A DNA stretch of 55,954 nt, from positions 1-55,954 of the IMG/VR virus record IMGVR_UViG_3300032047_000018; one strand, given 5' to 3'. Below the pieces are notes generated by a model that had not been told where the DNA came from, ran no database searches, and saw nothing but the letters and a program-made list of their open reading frames with translations. Positions within the stretch are counted from its first letter, which is position 1; each line of letters opens with the position of its first letter. The position numbers and the translations under genes were made by a program. Of the stretch, positions 8,236 to 16,500 are shown in pieces. The stretch comes from a virus. Taxonomy: Duplodnaviria > Caudoviricetes.

Positions 8236-9913
8236 TTGGGGTGACAATGATGTTTATAAAAAAACAATATCAGGCGGTTATTTGTTTCAAGGAGAATCTC
8301 CTAAGGAAGCTTATACACGTGTAGCTACACAAGTAGCGAGGCGTTTATATAAGCCTGAAATGGCTGAAACATTTTTTGAATACATATGGAAGGGCTGGCT
8401 ATGTTTAGCCTCCCCTGTGCTATCTAATACAGGTCTAGATCGAGGTTTGCCAATATCATGCTTTGGCATAGATGTTGCAGATAGCATTTTTGACATAGGC
8501 ACAAAAAATTTAGAGATGATGCTACTCGCAAAACACGGCGGCGGAGTTGGTATCGGAGTAAATCAAATTAGACCCGCCGGAGCAAATATAACAGGAAATG
8601 GAACATCAGACGGAGTCGTACCATTCTGTAAGATCTACGATTCAACAATCCTTGCTACAAATCAAGGATCAGTTAGAAGGGGAGCTGCATCGGTCAATAT
8701 CAACATTGAACACGACGATTTTGAAGAGTGGCTTGAAATACGAGAACCTAAAGGAGATATCAACAGACAAAGCCTTAACTTACATCAATGCGCAGTTGTT
8801 GGTGATAAGTTTATGCGAAAACTTAAACAAGGAGATGCAGGAGCTAGGGTTAAATGGAGTAAATTACTTAGAAAACGAAAAGCCACTGGCGAGCCGTATA
8901 TCTTGTTTAAAGGAAACGTTAATAAAAACAATCCAAGCGCATACAAAGACAACGGATTAAAAGTTCATATGACAAACATATGTAGTGAAATAACATTACA
9001 CACAGATGAATCACACAGTTTTGTTTGTTGCTTGTCTAGTTTAAATTTAGCAAAATATGAAGAATGGAAAAATACAAATATTATATATGACAGCATCTGG
9101 TTTCTTGATGGAGTCCTGGAAGAATTTATACAAAGGGCTAAAGGAAAAGTTGGTTTTGCCAACTCAGTTAGAAGCGCAGAAAAGGGCCGTGCGCTTGGGC
9201 TGGGAGTATTGGGATGGCACACCTATCTCCAAGAGAAAGGAATCCCGTTTGAAGGATTACTTGCTCAGTTTGAGACTCGCAGAATCTTTTCTCAGATTAA
9301 AATTGAGTCTGAACAAGCTAGCATGGATCTGGCAAAAATTTACGGAGAGCCTTTATGGTGTGCTGGTACTGGCTTGCGCAATACTCATCTTCGTGCTATT
9401 GCACCTACTGTTAGCAACAGCAAACTTAGTGGAAATGTTTCGCCAGGCATTGAGCCGTGGGCTGCAAATGTTTTCACGGAGCAATCAGCCAAAGGAACGT
9501 TTATAAGAAAAAATCCTACGTTATTAAAACTTTTAAGAAAACATAAAATTAATACGGAAGAAATATGGGATAAGATCTTGGCTGACGGAGGTTCGGTTCA
9601 AGGCATCAAAGAACTCGATGCTATACGCATGCAGCATGATGTACCCGCTAAAGACGTATTTAAAACGTTTAAGGAAATAAATCAATTAGAATTAGTAAAC
9701 CAAGCCGGCCTCCGCCAGCAATATATAGATCAATCAGTTAGTTTGAATTTAGCATTCCCTAGTGAAGCTACACCAAAATGGTTGAACAAAGTTCATATTG
9801 ATGCGTGGGAAAAAGGAGTGAAGACTTTATATTATACGAGAACAGAGAGTGTTCTTCGTGGAGATATTGCGGCTGCAGCAATGGATGAAAATTGCGCGGC
9901 ATGTGATGGTTAG
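8195..9913 (+). CDS. nrdA: Class I ribonucleotide reductase alpha subunit (short, no ATP cone)
   Basis: Motifs ASPVLSN, PISCF, GGGVG, TNICSEI, APTVS, DQSVSLN, KTLYY and C-terminal CAACDG. Confidence 0.96.
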   Translation: MWNKEWKKGIDYPSWGDNDVYKKTISGGYLFQGESPKEAYTRVATQVARRLYKPEMAETFFEYIWKGWLCLASPVLSNTGLDRGLPISCFGIDVADSIFDIGTKNLEMMLLAKHGGGVGIGVNQIRPAGANITGNGTSDGVVPFCKIYDSTILATNQGSVRRGAASVNINIEHDDFEEWLEIREPKGDINRQSLNLHQCAVVGDKFMRKLKQGDAGARVKWSKLLRKRKATGEPYILFKGNVNKNNPSAYKDNGLKVHMTNICSEITLHTDESHSFVCCLSSLNLAKYEEWKNTNIIYDSIWFLDGVLEEFIQRAKGKVGFANSVRSAEKGRALGLGVLGWHTYLQEKGIPFEGLLAQFETRRIFSQIKIESEQASMDLAKIYGEPLWCAGTGLRNTHLRAIAPTVSNSKLSGNVSPGIEPWAANVFTEQSAKGTFIRKNPTLLKLLRKHKINTEEIWDKILADGGSVQGIKELDAIRMQHDVPAKDVFKTFKEINQLELVNQAGLRQQYIDQSVSLNLAFPSEATPKWLNKVHIDAWEKGVKTLYYTRTESVLRGDIAAAAMDENCAACDG

Positions 9914-9932
9914 TTAGTTTGTTAGTTGATAG

Positions 9933-9968
9933 AAAGGGGATGCTGGCAACGGTGTCCCTTTTTTATTT
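9933..9968 (+). terminator. Intrinsic terminator at the convergence of the replication and late modules
   Basis: AAGGGGATGCTG-GCAA-CGGTGTCCCTTT forms a stem with a GNRA loop, followed by a T-run, about 20 nt after the nrdA stop. Confidence 0.85.
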
Positions 9969-10040
9969 ATACTTTTTGAACATAAGCTTATAAAGTAAGC
10001 TGTTCCAGGCTGCTTGTAGTTTGTCTATAAATTTTTTCAT
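9963..10040 (-). CDS. 25-aa cationic amphipathic peptide at the end of the lysis cassette
   Basis: MKKFIDKLQAAWNSLLYKLMFKKYK; its ATG overlaps the endolysin stop (TAATG). Confidence 0.55.
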   Translation of the reverse strand: MKKFIDKLQAAWNSLLYKLMFKKYK

Positions 10041-10393
10041 TAGTATGTCCACATTACGTTAGGTGTTTTTACCGGATCAATATCCACATGTATAAATCCT
10101 GAGCCCACACCAATTCTATTAAATCCAATACCCAACAGTATTTCTATTAGTTCAAATCTTTCTTTAGAGCTATTGCAATCTATATCAATTGCTAAACCCT
10201 TTAAATGTGAGGATCCCTCAACCCCACCAACAGCTTCGTTATGTTTTGGCGTTCGGTAACCGCTATTTATATGTATTGGTTTACCATAAGCTGCTCTTGC
10301 GGCGTCAATCATTTTAAGTATATTATCATTCATCATCTGACCACTACCCTGTACATCGGGCGAGTCGAACTCTTCATAAGTAAAATACTTCAT
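10040..10393 (-). CDS. Endolysin, peptidase M15 family Zn peptidase
   Basis: Motifs SGYRTPKHN..VGG, SSHLKGLAID and FIHVD. Start is ATG 10393 or 10399. Confidence 0.9.
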   Translation of the reverse strand: MKYFTYEEFDSPDVQGSGQMMNDNILKMIDAARAAYGKPIHINSGYRTPKHNEAVGGVEGSSHLKGLAIDIDCNSSKERFELIEILLGIGFNRIGVGSGFIHVDIDPVKTPNVMWTY

Positions 10394-10395
10394 TA

Positions 10396-10557
10396 TCATT
10401 TCTTTTTTTCTTTTTTAACATCTCTCCACTTTGCTACTGTATATCCTATAGTAACAAGTAAAAGAATTACTTTAAGGCCGTCTTCTATTTGGGTAAATGT
10501 AGTTACACCCACTGTGCCTGCGTTTAAAACGTATAATTTTAGATCCTCGATAGTCAT
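10396..10557 (-). CDS. Putative holin (53 aa, not in ORF track)
   Basis: MTIEDLKLYVLNAGTVGVTTFTQIEDGLKVILLLVTIGYTVAKWRDVKKEKKK: TM helix plus basic tail, directly upstream of the endolysin. Confidence 0.65.
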   Translation of the reverse strand: MTIEDLKLYVLNAGTVGVTTFTQIEDGLKVILLLVTIGYTVAKWRDVKKEKKK

Positions 10558-13500
10558 TATTTATTTTTTGATTTTAACCATTCAATTTTTTCTTGAATAG
10601 ATTTGCCTTTTTTCCAAGTATAATATTCAATAAAATATTCGCCTGATAAATTAATTTCTAAATTCATTAAAGTTTCTTTATTTACTCTTCTTGTTTCTGC
10701 TGCTTTTTCTTTACTTAATACTTTTCTTTCTTCTTTCGCTGTGACTTTAATTAAATCACCTTCTTCATTTTTAGCATTAACATCCCAAGTTCTCCACCCT
10801 AATCCTAATGCAATTCTTTGGTACGCTGTATTTCTTTCGTCTAATGCTTCAGATACAGCTTGCAGCTCTACCACTAATCTGTCTAACGGCAAATTAAGAA
10901 ATGCTGATGTTAAGTTACCTATAACGTTATAAGTAGGGCTAATATTAAATCTACCATCAATTGTTACATCAAATCCTCTTTCGGCAATAACATCTTTTTC
11001 GTATACGTCTTTTGTTTGAATAGCAGAGTATACTTTTCTAACCTTTGATCCAATAGGCGGCGAAACATTTAACAATTCAATTAAAGTATTTACATGATCT
11101 GCTTTAAAAGATCCTTTAGCCGCTTCAAATTGGTATCTTTGTATTGCATTTTTTAATGTTGAAACAACAGCTCCACCTAACCCAGACCCTCTTAATATGG
11201 TGTCTATCATGTTATTTAATATTCGCCTAGATTTTTTATCTAAATCATCTTCGTCGGCTTCTTCGTCGTCAAACCCTGGAATTAAAGCAAATAAAGCGTT
11301 GGACAATCCGCTGAAAATAAGATTTTGCACAAATCCATAATACATAATCTTTGAGACGTTTGTTTTAAAATCTCCACGGCCGTTTATAATATCCTGGCCG
11401 GCTTTTTTAATTAAACGAGTGTATTGCATAGGAGTGTTCTGGAAAGCTAATATAAGACGTCCTAAATGGCTTGATTGCTGTGATGAAATTAGCATAGGAT
11501 CACCCGATTGCTGTGTTTCATCCGATATTTTAGTAAAGTCTTGAAAAGCTTTTGCTTCAGCTTCAGCTTTAGACATGCCTTGCTTAACATAAGTTTTAGT
11601 TCTGTTAATTAAAAATGTAGCACCTCCACTAGCAATAGCCATACTATCCGCTATTTGTGTAGGAGTAAAACCTATTTTTAATAAATATGCAGTAATTGCC
11701 GAAACTTTATCTTTAGAATTTTTAGCTTGGTTAGCAATTTCTTGTTCTTGAACATCAGATCTTAAACCACCACGTCGTTGTTTTAATTTGTCAGAGTTAA
11801 ATATTTTTACCCATGTTTTCCAATACAACGGTTGGTTTGCAAACGCAGCCGCAGCATTCAATGGATTATTATCTGACCAATTAACAAAGTTTGTAAACGA
11901 AAGCATTTGTAAAAGAGCTGACCTTCTGTTAAAAAACATTATTGTACCTACCGAGTTGTTTACCCAGTTTAACCATTTGCTTTCCATAGATCCTACACTT
12001 CCAGGTCTGTTGCTACCGGATTTCATTCTACGAATACTATCTTTTAAAGCTTTTACATATAAAGTACCGTAGTTAGCTTCTAACTTAAGCATCATATTTG
12101 CATCAAATATATTATCTACATTTTCAATAAACTCTGCAAGATATTCTTTTCTGCTTATTGTTTGGGTCATATTATTTAAATCCTTTAATATGCTACCAAC
12201 ATCCCAAAACTCGCCCGGCTCTATCCATTCGTTATTTTTACCTACAAGCAATAAACCTTCTGCAAATTCTTTTAATTTATTATCCGCCTCTACAAAACTT
12301 AACAATTGAGCTTTGTCCCTTTTTGATAAACCAGGAATTTCATATCCCATTTTATTATAAAGATATATTCTTGCAGCCTGTTCATTGGTGTACTTTGTAC
12401 CGCCAATTGTCTTACCAAGCTTTCTTTTCATGCCTGCAGAATTTTTTAACAAAACTTTATATCCGTTTATAATATTTTGTCTTTCACTTTCAAGGGCAGC
12501 TACGCCTCTTGTGTAAGGATCAATTAAAGCTTTTTCAAAAAATGCTTGATCGGCTTCTCCTTGTTTGCCTTTACCAGCTAATGTATACGACGTTAGCCCT
12601 CTAAAGTCTTCAGCTGAATAAGGAACAAAGAATTTGTATTTACCTTTTTTAGCGCCTTCTCTTCTTGCAACTATCTGAGAATACACTGCTTCAGCGCTTA
12701 CACCTTTGTTACGCTGAATCATTTCATTCATAGTTTGATTCATTGATTTACTGAATCTTGCACGAGCTTGTTGAACTTTACCGTTTACATCAAAGACGTC
12801 TAATACATCTTTAACAGCTTTAACATTTTTCATTGCATCATCTACAAAGTAAAAATCGTTAAATCCTTCAGCAACTTTATTTATCATCCACCCAGCTTTA
12901 GCCGCTGGAGATCCGTTTTCAAGACCTACTATATTTTCTAATGGTATAGTTAAACCTAATTCTTTTAAAAATGTATGTATAGCTATAGCGGATTGCTGAG
13001 GTCTCGCTGTTAATACAAATATATTTTTGTTGCCAAACTTTTTAATTGCCTTTTTAAGCCTTGGGGCTAATGGCCCAGGTGTTCCTTCTACAACTTTATT
13101 GAATTCGCTAAAATCAAATGATGCGCCTTGCTCAGATAATATTTCATCCTGAGCCGCAAATTCTGCGGGTGTAATTTTCTTAACAGTACCATCAGGCATA
13201 GTAACAATAATATTACTTTTACTGAATGCTAACGTGTCGTCAAAATCATAAACACTAATTCCTTTTGATGGCTTACGAGAATAACTAAGTCTACGCGCTT
13301 TATTAAGAGCTTTATCAGCTATTTGTGCTTCGGTTGATTTAGTGGCTGCTTGATCCGATGTAAGTTTATTAAACGCTACAAACTCTTCACCAATAAGATC
13401 GCCTTTGTTTTCGCCTTCAATTACTTCAATGGGCACCATATTTTTATACCCATACATTACTTCGTCGTAATATCTATTTGTAGCGGGTTGTGTTAGGTAA

Positions 13501-16500
13501 TCCCACTTACCCATATTGTTTTGTCTAAATACGTTTAGATCATTATCCATTTCAATAGGAATAATAGCTACTTTGTATTTATCAAATAAAACATCTAAAT
13601 CTATTTTTTGTAATTTAAAAAAGTGAGCGGTTAAATATCTAGCCATTGCATCGGTAGATATCAAATGTTCATATCTGTTTAAACCATTTTCAAACCCATC
13701 AGCAAGATAATATTTTACTGCAGCCGCAGCTTTAAGCATGGAATTCATATTGCTTTTTAATGACATCATTGTCATTATCCAATCAACAGTTGTTCCGTTC
13801 TTTTTTACATAACCTAACCAATCAAGTAATTCTTCTTTAGCTTCAATAGAAGCATCCAATCTTTCGCTAGCTTCATCTACGAATACTTCTTTAGTTATGT
13901 TTTGCTGGCCACCTTTAAGTTTTTTAGTAGCGGCCTGTTTAGGTGTTGTAAGTTTTTCTTGTATGTTTTCTGCTTTGCCGTTTGAAGTAACGGTTGTAAT
14001 TTTAAAACCGCTTCCGGTTTGCACACCACTGAATACAATGTTTTTCCCTGCGTCTTTAAAAGCAGTATTCATCATGTTCATTAAATCTTCATTACCTCTT
14101 GTAATTTGATTTCTTTTCCCTTTTTCAAAAGCGTCCGCGCCAGCAGTAGCCATATGCCCTTGCTGCCACTTTAAAAATCTTATAGCAGTATTTTTATTTA
14201 AAGTCTGTATATATTTGCTTACAAGCTCTCTGTGTTTATTAACATAATCAGGAGTCCTAAACAATTCTGTTTGAGAGTTAATATCTAATTTTTTAAGACT
14301 AACACCAGATAAAAATAATACTGTTTTGCTTGTCATCATTTCTGATGCTGCAATTTCATCTAACAATACTCTACTAAAATTAACATTCTCAGTTCTATCA
14401 CTTTTTGTTAAAAATCTTTTTATAACATTAACAGACCTTCTTGAAAATTGCTCTATTTCTTTTGGGGTTAATCCTAAGTCTAAATCTTTCATAACCCCTT
14501 GCACGCGCGCGTAGGTTATATTATCACCCTCTTTAAACCTATTCTCTAATGCTTTTAATATCTTGGCTTCATTAGCGGCTACTGTGTTGGCAATATTTTT
14601 AGATAAACTAAATTTAGCGGGCCTTCCGTCTACTTGCTTCACAACTTCACCAACATAGTTCTCCATTAACTGTAAACCTAGTGCTGCTTGGTTTTTTTCA
14701 AAGGCATCTTTTATAGGGCCGCCAAATTCTATTTGATCTCTGAATATTTCTAATCCAATTTCAGATCCTATCTCAGCAGCTAAAGCTTCTTTCCTGCCTC
14801 TTATAGGCGTTCCATCGGGCTTGGTTATAAAATCTGCAAATTCTGCATCATTAACACTTGCTGACTTTCTTCTTCTAACTAACTGAGGACCAGACGTTTG
14901 GCCTTGTTGATCAGTAGATGTTTTTGCTCGATCTATTTTTTTACCAACCCAACCAGGGTAGTTTATAAAATTAGGAATAAATATAAAATCACCATTAGAA
15001 TCTTTTTTTCTTTTTCCGTCTTGGTCTGTTTCATATCTTCCTCCAACAGATTTTTGAATAACGACTGGTATACCGCCATCAACTGTACCTTTTTTCTTAT
15101 TGTCTTTACCCATTAAAAATGTAAGAGTAGAGTTTTCAATAATAGCTTTTTTATTTTTTATAGACCATTTTCTTAAAGCTCTATCCGCTTTGCCACCCAT
15201 TTCTTTTTTAAGAATGATATCAGCTTGAGTCTTTAAATCATTTTTAATTTCATTAATTAAATCAGTTTTAGTTTTATTAATTGTACCAACTTGATCTAAT
15301 CTAGATTTTAAAATTCTCGTTGCAGACAAAACAGAATTTGCAACATCTTTAAATGCTTTAGGTGAAATTATTTTACTTTTAGTAAATGCCCTATATGTTG
15401 GCTTATCGACTTTTTTAGTAGGCCCAGATTCATCAGCAATTTCATTTGTAGATTCATCTGTTCTTTTTGTAAAAGTTTTCTTTTCAATTTTTCTAACTCC
15501 ACTCAAATATTTTCTTTCAAGATAAGAATTTATCCAAGCGTCTAAATCTTGGTTTTGAGAAGGATTAAAATTATTGATATGATTAAGAGTTTCTAAAGTA
15601 GCTTCCATCATAGCGTCTTCTTTAGCAGCAGCTAGTGCCTGAGCATCACCTTCAAAAGTTGCCGTATTAAACATTGAAGATTTGGAATTCTGTATAGATT
15701 CTAACACTGGTATAAATGGTGCTATAATTTTGCCCATAGCTTGTTGGCCTCTAGGTGTTTTTAAAAACGGATCTTTAGATGTTTGCCACTGTGGATTGTC
15801 TTCTACAATTTTATTTACTAGCGCTTTTCTTTTTGCTGGTGGTAATTTACTTTGGCTTTTTTTAGCCCTTTCATTTTTAGCAATAGTACTTAGCTCTCCT
15901 TCAAATGTTACATTAGTTGGTGACCCTTGGTGAGCAGCTTTATTAAAGTCTTCAATAAACATTGCCGCATATTCTCCTTGATTTTCTTTTAATTTTAATG
16001 AAGGAAATTTGGTACCAATAACTCTATTGTACCATAGCCGCATAGCGTTTGTTGTACTTGGTTTTAATTGTGCACCATCGGCAATAACATCAGACATTGC
16101 ATTTAAAGCTTCTGAATAATATTCATCACCTTTAGCTTGATCGGCTTCTTCAAGGTAGCTTTGATTTAATCTGTATTGCACTTTAGCAAACATGTCTTTA
16201 TCGTTTTGTTCCAGCCAATCCAATAGTTCTTTACCCGCATCATTTTCATTAATACCGTTTTGTTCTGCATAAGCATGCAAAACTTCATGAGCAAATATAC
16301 CTATTCTTTTATTTTTAATCGATGCATCTTTATCTACAAGTATTACACCATTTAAATAAACTCCCTCGAAGCTACCCTCATTTAAAGCCCTAGCCATTTC
16401 TATTATTTCAGCAGCTGTAGCTCCAGCGTTTTTGTATGCCTCTAATATAGCTTCATTTTTACCTTCACCTTCAAACGTCTGTATATCTATAGGCGTCTTA

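Noticed and set aside
8598-9506. Two +1-frame ORFs (120 and 149 aa) inside nrdA, one with a hydrophobic stretch
   Set aside because: No recognisable motif or compositional anomaly; treated as shadow ORFs, though not formally excluded.
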